In this document: piece after piece, positions 1 through 9,516 of the stretch
How the letters are laid out: every line of letters starts with the position of its first letter
How positions within the stretch are numbered: position 1 is the stretch's first letter
Assembly: GCA_964485575.1 (NCBI GenBank)
Contig: CAZAJO010000006.1
Span: forward strand, 8,990-72,989
DNA length: 64,000 nt
Reading direction: 5' to 3'
Source of the DNA: an uncultured Gammaproteobacteria bacterium
GTDB lineage: Bacteria > Patescibacteriota > Microgenomatia > Levybacterales > GWA1-39-11
The notes under the pieces: generated by a model
Databases searched by the model: none
What the model was told of the DNA's origin: nothing
What the model saw: the letters and a program-made list of their open reading frames with translations, nothing else
Program-made: the position numbers and the translations under genes

Positions 1-784
1 TTATTCCTTGATCCTGTAGTTCACTAAGTTCAGCTACTAAATTATTAGGTGTTCTGTTACGTACACCAAATAGTAATTGGTCACTTGCACCCGCACAAAA
101 TCTGCAATTAAATGGACACCCACGTGAACCTACCATATTTGTTTCTAATTTACCCTGAGAAGGAAATGGGTCTAACGGAAGAAATTTTCTATCAGCAAAA
201 AACATTTTATCTAGATCCTTAGGAACCCATTTGTCCTCCACATCGTGACGGACTTCGACAAAATCGCCATTATCTTTTAAAAAAGCTACTCCACCCATTG
301 ATTGTGGTGAAACTCCGTCAAGGATACCTCTCATAATGTACTCGCCATCCTCAAGTGCCAAGGTGATTATTCTTCCTCCAATCTCAACATCTCTTAAAAT
401 TCGTTCTGGCATTGCTTTGGCATGTGCACCCCCAGCAGCAACGGGAATATCTCTATCCAAATTTGTTAGAATTCTTTTAGCCAATGGGAAGGTGGGAGTT
501 AGCATATTAATTCCAACGAACTTGGGTTTTGCCTCATTAATTACTTGCGCTGCAAGTTCTGGGGAAAGTGCATGAGCCTCAGCATCGACAACTCCAACAT
601 TATATCCAGCCCTTTCACATTCAGTTGCGATATGTGCTAATCCAAATGCAGGGAGCTGTTCAGTATCTGGCCGAACAACATTAGTGTAGTCATTAATAGG
701 GGAATTTACTAATAATAAATCAGGTCTATTTTCGGGACTTTGAAGACCTGATATATATTGTTTGGGATTAACTAAGCGTTCCAT
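1..784 (-). CDS. B12-binding domain radical SAM protein (C-terminus beyond window edge)
   Basis: Minus-strand translation from ATG at 784 gives MERLVNPKQYISGLQSPENRPDLLLVNSPINDYT.. (B12-binding-like N domain) followed by GSRGCPFNCRFCAG (CxxxCxxC radical SAM cluster motif). No stop in frame before position 1, so the ORF tracker does not list it. Confidence 0.7.
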   Translation of the reverse strand, partial: MERLVNPKQYISGLQSPENRPDLLLVNSPINDYTNVVRPDTEQLPAFGLAHIATECERAGYNVGVVDAEAHALSPELAAQVINEAKPKFVGINMLTPTFPLAKRILTNLDRDIPVAAGGAHAKAMPERILRDVEIGGRIITLALEDGEYIMRGILDGVSPQSMGGVAFLKDNGDFVEVRHDVEDKWVPKDLDKMFFADRKFLPLDPFPSQGKLETNMVGSRGCPFNCRFCAGASDQLLFGVRNRTPNNLVAELSELQDQGI

Positions 785-871
785 ATGAGTAACTATCAAT
801 CATTGAGTAACTCTTACTCATCATATCATTTATACAATAAAATGCAACAATTGTGGTGAATCTGAAATTCT

Positions 872-1444
872 TTATTTGGAATACTCGGGGTCTATTTTCA
901 TCTGTTCTTCTATTAAATGTCGAAAGTAATCTGATTTTGAGGGTAATTTTTTCTTTTTTGCTCCCCATTTCATATATGAATCAATTTCAGGAGTGATAAA
1001 TACATTAAATTTAATTTTGTTTTTTTTAAAATTATCTAAATAGTGTCTTAGATCCTGTTCTATTGTATTTTTCTTATACTTAATAATAGAAAAAAGGTGT
1101 GTATTTCTCTTATAAATAAGTATTCGTGGAATTTTCTCGATACTATTCTTGTCGCATAGACACAAAACTGGGATATTGTTATTTCTGGCATATTCAATGA
1201 GAATTCCGAGTGATATTGACTGATCTGAGATATCAACAATTAGCAGATCTGAATTGCTTACACTCTTAATTGCTACATCATATAGGTCTTTTGGTAAAGG
1301 TATTTTCGCTCTGTTTTCAATTATTCCGGTAAAATATGGATTGCTATTTTCAATATCATATTGATCCAAAATATCTAATACTTTTTTAAAAAGCCCATGA
1401 TTGGCTTCGGTATTTTCTGTCGAAGCTGAAATATACGCTTTCAT
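872..1444 (-). CDS. hypothetical protein, possibly nucleoside 2-deoxyribosyltransferase-like Rossmann fold
   Basis: 190-aa ORF. The segment SDLLIVDISDQSISLGILIEYARNNNIPVL resembles the Gly-rich/Glu motif of the NDT-like family. Weak. Confidence 0.4.
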   Translation of the reverse strand: MKAYISASTENTEANHGLFKKVLDILDQYDIENSNPYFTGIIENRAKIPLPKDLYDVAIKSVSNSDLLIVDISDQSISLGILIEYARNNNIPVLCLCDKNSIEKIPRILIYKRNTHLFSIIKYKKNTIEQDLRHYLDNFKKNKIKFNVFITPEIDSYMKWGAKKKKLPSKSDYFRHLIEEQMKIDPEYSK

Positions 1445-1645
1445 ACAACGGAATTATACATTTTTTAACCTCGATATTCTAACCCAAAGAAAATCTATTA
1501 TTGTGATTAATTAAATAGTTGGAGAAATACTCTTCAATTTGATTCTAATCTAATCAAATTCACCGCCTCACTTTTGGTAATTAACAAAGTTTTGTTGAAG
1601 CTAAAGGACCAGTAAGTTATAATTGTAAGGTTCGAAAACAATTAT

Positions 1646-1678
1646 TGGGATGTCGTCTAATGATCGCTCCATTAGACG
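1646..1678 (+). repeat. partial copy of tRNA-Gln 5' end (17 nt identical to 1701-1717) folded into a hairpin (CGTCTAATG...CATTAGACG)
   Basis: TGGGATGTCGTCTAATG is repeated verbatim 55 nt upstream of the tRNA. The downstream CATTAGACG is its reverse complement. Confidence 0.6.
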
Positions 1679-1700
1679 TTTGATCTCAGAAGAACTATAT

Positions 1701-1771
1701 TGGGATGTCGTCTAATGGTAGGACCGCAGCCTTTGGAGCTGTGTATTTTGGTTCGAATCCAAGCGTCCCAG
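1701..1771 (+). tRNA. tRNA-Gln (anticodon UUG)
   Basis: Manual cloverleaf. Acceptor TGGGATG/CGTCCCA (7 bp, one GU). D arm GTC-TAATGGTAG-GAC. Anticodon stem GCAGC/GCTGT, loop CTTTGGA with U33, anticodon TTG and purine 37. Variable loop 4 nt. T arm TTTGG-TTCGAAT-CCAAG. Discriminator G followed by CA. Confidence 0.8.
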
Positions 1772-1859
1772 CAAAGCACTGAACCTTCGGTCGTCAAATG
1801 AAAGCGCACCGAGTAAAACTCGGCGAAGGACCGCAGCAGAACTCTTGCGTCCCAGCATA

Positions 1860-2225
1860 TTATTTTCTGAGGATTTTGTCCATTTCTCTACCCTTTGTTA
1901 CCTCATCTACCAATTTATCAAGATACCGGATAAGTTGCATTGTTGGTTCTTTAATCTCCTCTACTCTCACCCCACAAATGACTCCGGTTATTTTATTCCT
2001 ATCAGGATTTAAATGAGGGGCATTTGCAAAAAATGTTTTGAAATCAGTCTCTTTTTCAATTTGTTCTTGTAATTGCCTTTGTGAATATCCTGTAAGCCAA
2101 CAGGTCACTTCATCAACTTCTTTTTTTGTTCTACCCTTTCTTTCAACTTTTGCAACATATAAAGGGTAAACACGCGAAAAAGTCATGCTATATATCCGTT
2201 GTAATTTCTTCTCGTCTATTTTCAT
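1860..2225 (-). CDS. hypothetical protein
   Basis: 121-aa ORF inside the tRNA-flanked islet. No recognisable motif. Confidence 0.45.
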   Translation of the reverse strand: MKIDEKKLQRIYSMTFSRVYPLYVAKVERKGRTKKEVDEVTCWLTGYSQRQLQEQIEKETDFKTFFANAPHLNPDRNKITGVICGVRVEEIKEPTMQLIRYLDKLVDEVTKGREMDKILRK

Positions 2226-2281
2226 AATCTCATTGTATCATTACATTTTTTTTGCAATTCATTTGCTATACTAGATTTATT

Positions 2282-2890
2282 ATGAGAAAGATTTATGTCC
2301 TCGAATTCCTTACCCTAGATGGTGTTATGCAAGCTCCAGGGGGCTCTAAGGAAGATACGAGTGAGGGATTTAAATTTGGTGGTTGGATGGGTCCTTTCTT
2401 TGGCGGTGATGAGATTGCAGGTAAGGAAATGGAAGATCAGATGAAAATGACCGCGGCATTACTTCTTGGACGAAAAACATATGAAATCTTTTCGGGATTT
2501 TGGCCGCATCATGCTACAGAAACAGAAGGCTGGCCACAAATTAACAAAATTCCAAAATATGTAATGTCCAAAACGTTAAAAAACCCCACTTGGGAAAATA
2601 CAGAAGTTATCAACGATATTGATGAACTAAGAAAATTGAAAAATTCTGATGGTCCGGATCTTCAGGTTTATGGAAGTGCAGATCTTATTCAGACTCTTAT
2701 GAAGCATGATTTAGTTGATGAATTTTGGCTCAAAATATTTCCCATTACACTAGGGACAGGAAAACGATTGTTTGAAAAAGGTACAATACCTGCTGCCTTC
2801 AATCTATATAAATCCCAAGTTACTCCGAGTGGTACTTTCTTTGGCTATTATAAACGTGCGGGAGATGTCAAAACCGAAGATATTGTATAG
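2282..2890 (+). CDS. dihydrofolate reductase family protein (RibD C-terminal domain-like, YwjB/YyaP type)
   Basis: Begins MRKIYVLEFLTLDGVMQAPGG..GGWMGPFFGGD...LLGRKTYEIF...LQVYGSADLIQTLMKHDLVDEFWLKIFPITLGTGKRLF, typical of the bacterial DHFR-like family. The tracker ORF starts 30 nt earlier at 2252; the internal ATG at 2282 fits the family N-terminus. Confidence 0.7.
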   Translation: MRKIYVLEFLTLDGVMQAPGGSKEDTSEGFKFGGWMGPFFGGDEIAGKEMEDQMKMTAALLLGRKTYEIFSGFWPHHATETEGWPQINKIPKYVMSKTLKNPTWENTEVINDIDELRKLKNSDGPDLQVYGSADLIQTLMKHDLVDEFWLKIFPITLGTGKRLFEKGTIPAAFNLYKSQVTPSGTFFGYYKRAGDVKTEDIV

Positions 2891-2978
2891 TTGTTTACGT
2901 AGTTAACAAACGCAAGCATGGTAATTCGGAATATAAAATTGCCCTACTGAAGACAACCAAAAAGTTCGAATAGCACAG

Positions 2979-3008
2979 CCGCAGGACACTGTGTATTTTG
3001 GTTCGAAT
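2979..3008 (+). repeat. degenerate 3' fragment of tRNA-Gln (CCGCAG...CTGTGTATTTTGGTTCGAAT)
   Basis: The 20-mer at 2989-3008 is identical to tRNA positions 1739-1758 (anticodon stem 3' side through T loop). The acceptor 3' strand is absent, so this is not a functional tRNA. Confidence 0.6.
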
Positions 3009-3039
3009 AATCTATCACCAGCTTTGTTATACTTTATAA

Positions 3040-3600
3040 ATGGCCTACTTCCATAGGTGGAAATATCAGAATCTCATTTTTCTTGCAATATCGATTATTG
3101 CAGCAATTTTCTTATCCCGTTACGAGCCGTTCCACGAATTTTTGCTAAAACTTGGTGGGTTTGGGTATATCGGAGCATTCGTTGCTGGAGTTTTATTTGT
3201 ATCAACTTTCACAGTTGCAACTGGTGCAATTATACTACTTGTTTTGGCCGAGCGCTTATCTCCAATAGAAATAGGTATTATTGCAGGGTTGGGAGCTGTA
3301 TTTGGAGACTTTGTTATTTTCCGTTTCGTTAAGGATAATCTTGCTAACGAAGTTGAATCAATTTATAACCATATCGACGGAGACCATCACATACGAAGAG
3401 TTTTTCATTCAAAATATTTTAGTTGGAGCGTGCCTGTAATTGGAGCAATAATAGTCGCTTCTCCCTTCCCTGACGAAATTGGAGTAAGCCTTATGGGGAT
3501 ATCGAAAATGAAAACTTACAAATTTTTATTAGTTTCATTTATTCTCAATGCGATAGGTATTTTCTTAATAGTTTCAGCTTCTAAAATCATCAAGCCCTGA
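3040..3600 (+). CDS. hypothetical multi-pass membrane protein
   Basis: 186 aa, 5-6 hydrophobic helices. Confidence 0.5.
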   Translation: MAYFHRWKYQNLIFLAISIIAAIFLSRYEPFHEFLLKLGGFGYIGAFVAGVLFVSTFTVATGAIILLVLAERLSPIEIGIIAGLGAVFGDFVIFRFVKDNLANEVESIYNHIDGDHHIRRVFHSKYFSWSVPVIGAIIVASPFPDEIGVSLMGISKMKTYKFLLVSFILNAIGIFLIVSASKIIKP

Positions 3601-3651
3601 AAAAATTATGGTCAGAAGTTGAGCATAGATTGAATTCAAAAAGTTAATAAT

Positions 3652-4251
3652 CTATGCAGATTCGTTGTCAGTCTCAATAAGGTGCTTTCTTACAATATTT
3701 TCTGATTTATCCGCATCAGGGAGTAGATCCTCAAGTATTTTTTGATACTTAAATGGATTGTGGATAAGGTAAAGATATTCATATTTTTCAGATGTCCAAT
3801 TGAAAAGCTTTAACGTCCCGAAATTGAACATCCTTCCAAAAATACCTTGATCCAATTCAACAGAGCCAATGTGCATGAGCATAAAACGTTCCTCTTGCTT
3901 GAAGATAAGACCTTTTTTAAGGACGATTTCTTTTGGTTTTATTTCGTAATATTGGTTAAGCCAGGAAACAATAACAAAGATTGTAAGGAAGGATTTTATT
4001 GCAAGCATCGTTATAAAAATCGGGATATTAAAAACAAGGATATTCTCTCCCAATCTTTGACTGACTTCTGGTGAGAAGACGAGGGTAAGGAACAATATGA
4101 GGCCAAACGCTGCTAAGATTTCAATCGTCACGAGGCGCAAATGAAGAAAAAATATACTTTGTCTGATGGTCAGATGTGTGACAATTATTTGATGAGTACC
4201 ATTCTCTTTTTTTGTGCCCATCATTTTTTCTTTGTAGTCAAGGCTTGGCAT
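3652..4251 (-). CDS. bacterial PH domain (bPH_2, YdbS/YdbT-like) membrane protein
   Basis: N-terminal two TM helices, then ..KKGLIFKQEERFMLMHIGSVELDQGIFGRMFNFGTLKL.., typical of membrane-flanked PH domains. Confidence 0.55.
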   Translation of the reverse strand: MPSLDYKEKMMGTKKENGTHQIIVTHLTIRQSIFFLHLRLVTIEILAAFGLILFLTLVFSPEVSQRLGENILVFNIPIFITMLAIKSFLTIFVIVSWLNQYYEIKPKEIVLKKGLIFKQEERFMLMHIGSVELDQGIFGRMFNFGTLKLFNWTSEKYEYLYLIHNPFKYQKILEDLLPDADKSENIVRKHLIETDNESA

Positions 4252-4268
4252 ATGAAATAACTTCTAAA

Positions 4269-4604
4269 CTATTTTACGCTTGTGGAGGCAAATAAGGCAA
4301 TAAGTATAACGATATTCACAATAGTTCCTGCTTTTGCGTCCTTCCAGTACTTTAAAATGAGAAGTTGGGAGGAAACAATTGATAGCACGGCAAATGCTAG
4401 CCAATATCTAAATCCAAGAATCAACAAAACCCCAGACGTTAATAGCAACACTGAAGTAGTTAGCCACATAATGCCCTCAAACCTTGAGACAGGGTCTGAA
4501 AATTGATCAAATTCCTTCAGTTTTGCTGACTTAGCAAAGCCAAACAGATGGATCAGACCGTGAATCAGTAAGAAAATAACCAATAATTCATTTATGAGTT
4601 TCAT
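4269..4604 (-). CDS. hypothetical small membrane protein
   Basis: 111 aa, 3-4 TM. Confidence 0.45.
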   Translation of the reverse strand: MKLINELLVIFLLIHGLIHLFGFAKSAKLKEFDQFSDPVSRFEGIMWLTTSVLLLTSGVLLILGFRYWLAFAVLSIVSSQLLILKYWKDAKAGTIVNIVILIALFASTSVK

Positions 4605-4980
4605 ATCGGTTAAGTAATATTGATAATAAAACTATCACCATTCCTAATCCGAAATAAAATATCTGAAGCCACATTGATTTATTTATGATATACAGTTGGG
4701 CGAACTCGAATATCATTATGGAAAAGCCGGCGCTCACAGAAAGTTCATGAATTATCTTTGACTTCGTAAAAAGAGTAAAAGCCGCATAGATGTTTAGCGT
4801 TCCAATGAGCATTAACATAATTGCAGGTACATGATATGAATCAAACCATCCGTGAAGAAGACTAACGGGCATACCCATCCCATTTGAGGTTAAAAGCTTT
4901 ACGCCCCCAATCATTGTCGAGATTGCGATAAAAAACTCTATCAAAAAAATCACTAATTTTAGTTTATGTTTTAATGCCAA
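4588..4980 (-). CDS. hypothetical membrane protein
   Basis: 130 aa, 4 TM. Confidence 0.45.
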   Translation of the reverse strand: MALKHKLKLVIFLIEFFIAISTMIGGVKLLTSNGMGMPVSLLHGWFDSYHVPAIMLMLIGTLNIYAAFTLFTKSKIIHELSVSAGFSIMIFEFAQLYIINKSMWLQIFYFGLGMVIVLLSILLNRYETHK

Positions 4981-5058
4981 ATTTATTCACCCCAATCAGG
5001 GTAAACACTGGTAGTGAAAAAGTCGTTGAGGTGTGACAAGTTCTTGGTGTGATCTGGA

Positions 5059-7518
5059 TCAAGAAGATTGGATGCCCTGCTCTACTTCCTTTATTTTCAG
5101 AGCGGTTTTCAGTACTGTGTCAGGGTTTAGTGAAATAGAATCCACTCCTTCACGGACCAAAAATTCTGCAAGTTCTGGAAAATCAGAGGGTCCTTGTCCA
5201 CAAATACCAACCTTCAGTCCTTTCTCATGCGCTTTTCTAATGAGCGTGCTTATGAGAGTATGGACCGCTTGATTGTTCTCATTTCCGATATGAGCAATGA
5301 GTTTTGAATCTCTATCCAAGCCCAGTGTAAGCTGGGTAAGATCATTTGACCCGATTGAAAAACCATCAAATATCTCAGCAAATTCATCTACCAAAATGAC
5401 ATTTGAGGGAACCTCAGCCATGACCCAAATGTGTAAATTTTCGTCTAGCTCTCCAGTTGATTGTAGATTTTTACCCTTGTCATGATAAAGACCATTTTTC
5501 CCCATTTCCTCAATCACTTTCCGTCCTTCTTCAGGAGTTCTACAGAAAGGGATCATGACTTGAAGATTACGTAGCCCCATCAGTGTTCTTACTTTGTTAA
5601 CAGCCTGACACTCTAGAGCAAAAGCTCTTGAGAATTTTTCGTCAGTATATCGGGAAGCCCCTCTCCACCCTATCATGGGGTTTTCCTCATGAGGTTCGTA
5701 TAATTTCCCACCGATAAGTCCAGCGTACTCATTTGACTTGAAATCGCTGAAGCGCAATAACACCTCGTGTGGATAAAAAGCTGAAGCTATTATTGCTATG
5801 CCGTATGCTAGCTTGTCAACATAATAATCAACCTTATTTGGATAACCCACAGTCAACTCATCTATCTGTCTTTTTACATCCATATCGGTCAACGAATCAT
5901 AATCAAGAAGTGCATTTGGGTGGATTTTTATGTAGTTTGAGATAATGAATTCTTCTCGGGCCAGTCCTACTCCCATATTTGGGATAAAGGAGTAGCTAAA
6001 TACCAGTTCCGGGTCTGCAATTATCATCTTTACTGCGGTCTTTGGGAGTTCAAATCCTGTAAGGTCAGTCTTGTCTACCCTATACTTGAGAATACCCTCG
6101 TAAACTTTGCCAACTTCACCCTCAGCGCAGCTTACAGTTATTTCCTTCCCGTTGGGAATTGCATTTGTGGCATTTCCAGTGCCTACGATTGCAGGAATTC
6201 CAAGTTCCCTAGACACAATTGCTGCGTGGGAAGTTCTGCCACCCGAATTTGTGACAATTGCCCCTGCAATTTTCATAATAGGTTCCCAGTCAGGATCAGT
6301 AATTTCGGCTAATAATACTTCCCCTTGCTTAAATTCAGATAATTGAGATGGATCTTTGATGAAATGTGCTGTTCCTGTTCCAATCTTTCTTCCCACTGAA
6401 GCACCTTGTGCCAGGATTGTTCCATGTTCTTCAAGAACATACTCCTCAAGCGTCATGCCATCTTTCCTTGCTTGTACGGTCTCCGGTCTTGCTTGGACTA
6501 TATAGAGACTATTTTGTTCACCGTCATATGCCCACTCTATGTCCATTGGTTTTTGGTAATGATTTTCAATAATTACTCCCCATCTTGAAAGTTGCAGTAT
6601 CTGTTCGTCAGTAAGAACGTAGGTTTGTCTTTCATTAGGGGAAACGGCGACGTCTTTTGTTGGACTTGTACCCTCTGTAGAATAGATGAGTTTTTTCTCT
6701 TTTGTGCCTAATCTTTTGCTTATTATAGAGGAGAACCCTTTTATGAGAGTTGGTTTGTGGACGACAAATTCATCGGGAGTCACAATACCTTTCACGATAT
6801 ATTCACCAAGTCCCCATGATCCGTTGATAAGAACGACATCTCTAAATCCACTATCAGAATCTAAAGTGAACATAACACCGCTACAGCCTCTATCTGATCT
6901 CACCATTTTTTGTACAGCAACAGAAAGCGCAACCTTAAAATGGTCAAAATGTTGATCTACCCGGTAAGAGATCGCTCTATTCGTAAAAAGAGATGCAAAA
7001 GCTTTTTTAATAGCATCTTCAAGAGCGTGTTCCCCTTTTATATTCAAATATGATTCCTGTTGGCCAGCAAATGAAGCGTCTGGCAGATCTTCAGCTGTTG
7101 CCGATGATCTGACAGCTACATCACAGTCATCTGTTCCTTCTCCGAGCTTTTGAGGTAATTGATGATATGCCTCATATATTTCTTTTTTCAATTCTTCAGG
7201 GAATGGAGAGGCAATGATAAGATCTCTGATTTTGCTCCCCACATTCTCTAATTGCTTAATGTCTGAAGTATTTAGGTCTTGCAAAAATTCCCTGATTTTT
7301 GCATCAAGCTGATTTTTTTCAATGAAATATCTGTAGGAATATGCAGTAACCGCAAAACCAAAAGGCACTTTAACGTGTTCATCGGGAAAAAGTTGACTCG
7401 TTGCGTTGGTTAGATTTTGATACATTTCGCCAAGGTTGGCATTTTTTCCACCTACGAGAGGAATGTCATCTTTATTCACTTCGTCGAACCAAAGTACGAA
7501 TTTTTGTGCTTTATCCAT
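5059..7518 (-). CDS. ppsA: phosphoenolpyruvate synthase (pyruvate, water dikinase)
   Basis: 819 aa. N-terminal ATP-grasp-like region (DDIPLVGGKNANLGEM), phosphohistidine domain (GGRTSHAAIVSRELGIP), C-terminal PEP-utilising TIM barrel (GICGQGPSDFPELAEFLV). Confidence 0.9.
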   Translation of the reverse strand: MDKAQKFVLWFDEVNKDDIPLVGGKNANLGEMYQNLTNATSQLFPDEHVKVPFGFAVTAYSYRYFIEKNQLDAKIREFLQDLNTSDIKQLENVGSKIRDLIIASPFPEELKKEIYEAYHQLPQKLGEGTDDCDVAVRSSATAEDLPDASFAGQQESYLNIKGEHALEDAIKKAFASLFTNRAISYRVDQHFDHFKVALSVAVQKMVRSDRGCSGVMFTLDSDSGFRDVVLINGSWGLGEYIVKGIVTPDEFVVHKPTLIKGFSSIISKRLGTKEKKLIYSTEGTSPTKDVAVSPNERQTYVLTDEQILQLSRWGVIIENHYQKPMDIEWAYDGEQNSLYIVQARPETVQARKDGMTLEEYVLEEHGTILAQGASVGRKIGTGTAHFIKDPSQLSEFKQGEVLLAEITDPDWEPIMKIAGAIVTNSGGRTSHAAIVSRELGIPAIVGTGNATNAIPNGKEITVSCAEGEVGKVYEGILKYRVDKTDLTGFELPKTAVKMIIADPELVFSYSFIPNMGVGLAREEFIISNYIKIHPNALLDYDSLTDMDVKRQIDELTVGYPNKVDYYVDKLAYGIAIIASAFYPHEVLLRFSDFKSNEYAGLIGGKLYEPHEENPMIGWRGASRYTDEKFSRAFALECQAVNKVRTLMGLRNLQVMIPFCRTPEEGRKVIEEMGKNGLYHDKGKNLQSTGELDENLHIWVMAEVPSNVILVDEFAEIFDGFSIGSNDLTQLTLGLDRDSKLIAHIGNENNQAVHTLISTLIRKAHEKGLKVGICGQGPSDFPELAEFLVREGVDSISLNPDTVLKTALKIKEVEQGIQSS

Positions 7519-7586
7519 AAGAATTTCCTGCCCCTTAATTAAATAATAAATGATTTTTTCAATAAATGATATTGATCAAATTACTC

Positions 7587-7602
7587 TGTGATTCATATCA
7601 TA
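7587..7602. promoter_or_regulatory. CRP/FNR-type palindromic site TGTGATTCATATCATA
   Basis: Matches TGTGA-N6-TCACA at 9 of 10 positions. It lies 69 nt upstream of the ppsA start and next to a Crp/Fnr-family regulator gene. Confidence 0.4.
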
Positions 7603-7637
7603 GAAAAAAGCTCACAAGTATTATATTGTGTTGACAT

Positions 7638-7988
7638 ATGATTCAATCGACTGGACATGGGAGCTACAGATTATACGAGACCAAAAGCCATGTAAAAATT
7701 GTCGAACTTGGGAAAGACAAATATATTTGGCTTTTAGCACCAGGAATTGGAGAGATAATAGTTCTGACTACAGCAGTTCACAAAATAAAAAACTTTCTTT
7801 CCATTGGTAACTACCGCCTGTACAAGGTAAAAGATGAGCCGGATTTTACCGACCTTCTGCATTTGGAACTATTTATTGGCGACAGCATTTGGCAAGGATA
7901 TCTTCTTCCTACAGGTCTTCCAACAACAACAAAGAAAAGAAGGAGGATTATCCCAACAAATGAAATCATTACGAAAGTGACACTCTAG
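7638..7988 (+). CDS. hypothetical protein (uncertain)
   Basis: 116-aa ORF in the ppsA-crp intergenic space. No motif. Confidence 0.25.
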   Translation: MIQSTGHGSYRLYETKSHVKIVELGKDKYIWLLAPGIGEIIVLTTAVHKIKNFLSIGNYRLYKVKDEPDFTDLLHLELFIGDSIWQGYLLPTGLPTTTKKRRRIIPTNEIITKVTL

Positions 7989-8629
7989 ACATTTTCCGAA
8001 AACTCATCCTGAAACTTTTTACCGTCATGGATTACGATCTTATTTCTTTCGACCTTCACAAGCCCTTTATCCTTAAGGATTCTTAATTCGCGGCTGATCG
8101 TCTCTCTTGTCATGCCCGTTTGTGATGCAATATCCTTTTCAGATGTTTGGATTTCAACACCTATGGCTGTTTTTTTGCCAAATCTTTTTGCGAGGATGCC
8201 AAGTTCTGACATGAGTCTTGTGCTTGCGCTTCCTGCCATCAGATGAGTCATCTTGCCCAAAAGCCCTTCAGTCCCAAGGTATACTCTTGAAAGAAGATCA
8301 AACAATACGTCAGGATTATTTTTTATGAAATCCAATGTGTCATCCTTTGGACAACGGTACAATTCAAGATCAGTCACCGCTTCGTAGAAATAGGTATTGG
8401 GTGTATCATTGATTGCCCAAGACATCGGGAAAAAGGCCTTGGGTTTGAACAGATTTACAACAAGTTCATCCCCTTTTTTTGAGATTGCATAAACTTTGAC
8501 ATTACCATTCATTAGATAAAAAATGCCTTGCGGCTGATCATCGGCTCTTATCAAAAGCTCCCCTTTTTTATACTTCTGATTTTTATATTTTGAGAAAAAA
8601 GCTAAAACTTTTTCTTCGACTGGAGACAT
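7985..8629 (-). CDS. Crp/Fnr family transcriptional regulator
   Basis: cNMP-binding beta-roll (LLIRADDQPQGIFYLMNGNVKVY) plus C-terminal HTH (EIQTSEKDIASQTGMTRETISRELRILKDKGLV). Confidence 0.8.
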   Translation of the reverse strand: MSPVEEKVLAFFSKYKNQKYKKGELLIRADDQPQGIFYLMNGNVKVYAISKKGDELVVNLFKPKAFFPMSWAINDTPNTYFYEAVTDLELYRCPKDDTLDFIKNNPDVLFDLLSRVYLGTEGLLGKMTHLMAGSASTRLMSELGILAKRFGKKTAIGVEIQTSEKDIASQTGMTRETISRELRILKDKGLVKVERNKIVIHDGKKFQDEFSENV

Positions 8630-8648
8630 ATCTGTATTTTATCATTAT

Positions 8649-8657
8649 TGGTATAAT
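8649..8657 (+). promoter_or_regulatory. extended -10 element TGGTATAAT
   Basis: TGnTATAAT 7 nt upstream of the ATG at 8664, implying a leaderless or very short-leader mRNA. Confidence 0.4.
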
Positions 8658-8663
8658 CAATAT

Positions 8664-9515
8664 ATGGTCAAAGGAATTATTTTAGATGTTGACGGAGTGA
8701 TAGTTGGAGACAAACCCGGTGTTAATTTCCCCTATCCAAATGGCGATGTCATTGATGCTCTTTACAAACTCCACGAAAAAGGGATGCCTATCATACTTTG
8801 TACCGCAAAATTCGGATACGCAATCATAGACATTATAAAGAAGGCAAACCTCAACAACCCTCATGTAACTGACGGTGGTGCTTTGGTTATAAATCCACTT
8901 GAAGGACAAATCATACGCGAACACGTTCTTGAAAAAGATGTCCTTCTTGAGTTGGTATCTAAATGTTTGAGTCGTGATATCTACGTTGAATTATATGTGC
9001 CGGATTCTTATTTTATGGATAAAAGTCAGGTAAGTGAATTTACAAAAAAAAGGATAGAAATTCTTCAGAAAGAGCCAACTATTGTTGAATCACTATCACT
9101 GGTTGCAAGTCAGAAAGATATCATCAAAATACTTTGCTTTGCACGAGAAGACCATGAGATAGAAGTTTTGTCTGACATAGCACGTTCACTTGGCGATCGT
9201 ATAAACTTCATCTGGTCAACCCACCCTTTTTTACCGGGTGTCAAGTCCGGAGTCGTAACAGCTCCAAATGTTTCAAAAGAGAATGCAATAAAAGAGACTT
9301 TAGAAAGTCTTTCTTTGTCTTTCGATGACATGTTGGGTATTGGGGATGCTTCTTCAGATTGGAACTTCATGAAGCATTGTAGGTATGTTGCGACACTTGA
9401 AAATGCTGATGAGAAAATCAAAGAATTGGTAAAGACAAAAGGTGACGGAAATTTTATTGTAGCGCCTCATGTTGACCAGAACGGGATTTTTGAGATCTTG
9501 AAATACTTTCTTTAG
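8664..9515 (+). CDS. HAD superfamily hydrolase, Cof-like (HAD-IIB)
   Basis: N-terminal ILDVDGVIV (motif I DxD), cap domain, C-terminal GIGDASSDWNFM (motif IV). Confidence 0.75.
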   Translation: MVKGIILDVDGVIVGDKPGVNFPYPNGDVIDALYKLHEKGMPIILCTAKFGYAIIDIIKKANLNNPHVTDGGALVINPLEGQIIREHVLEKDVLLELVSKCLSRDIYVELYVPDSYFMDKSQVSEFTKKRIEILQKEPTIVESLSLVASQKDIIKILCFAREDHEIEVLSDIARSLGDRINFIWSTHPFLPGVKSGVVTAPNVSKENAIKETLESLSLSFDDMLGIGDASSDWNFMKHCRYVATLENADEKIKELVKTKGDGNFIVAPHVDQNGIFEILKYFL

Positions 9516-9516
9516 G

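Noticed and set aside
2960-3010. Possible second tRNA next to the DHFR-family gene
   Set aside because: It contains a tRNA-Gln-like anticodon-stem/T-arm fragment but has no acceptor 3' strand and no pairing 5' end, so it is a remnant.
3057-3332. 91-aa Cys-rich ORF in an alternative frame of the 3040-3600 membrane-protein gene
   Set aside because: Overlaps a better-supported, longer ORF in another frame. Likely a frame artefact.
6107-6955. Several plus-strand ORFs (60-89 aa) inside ppsA
   Set aside because: Antisense shadow ORFs within a well-supported 819-aa gene. No motifs.
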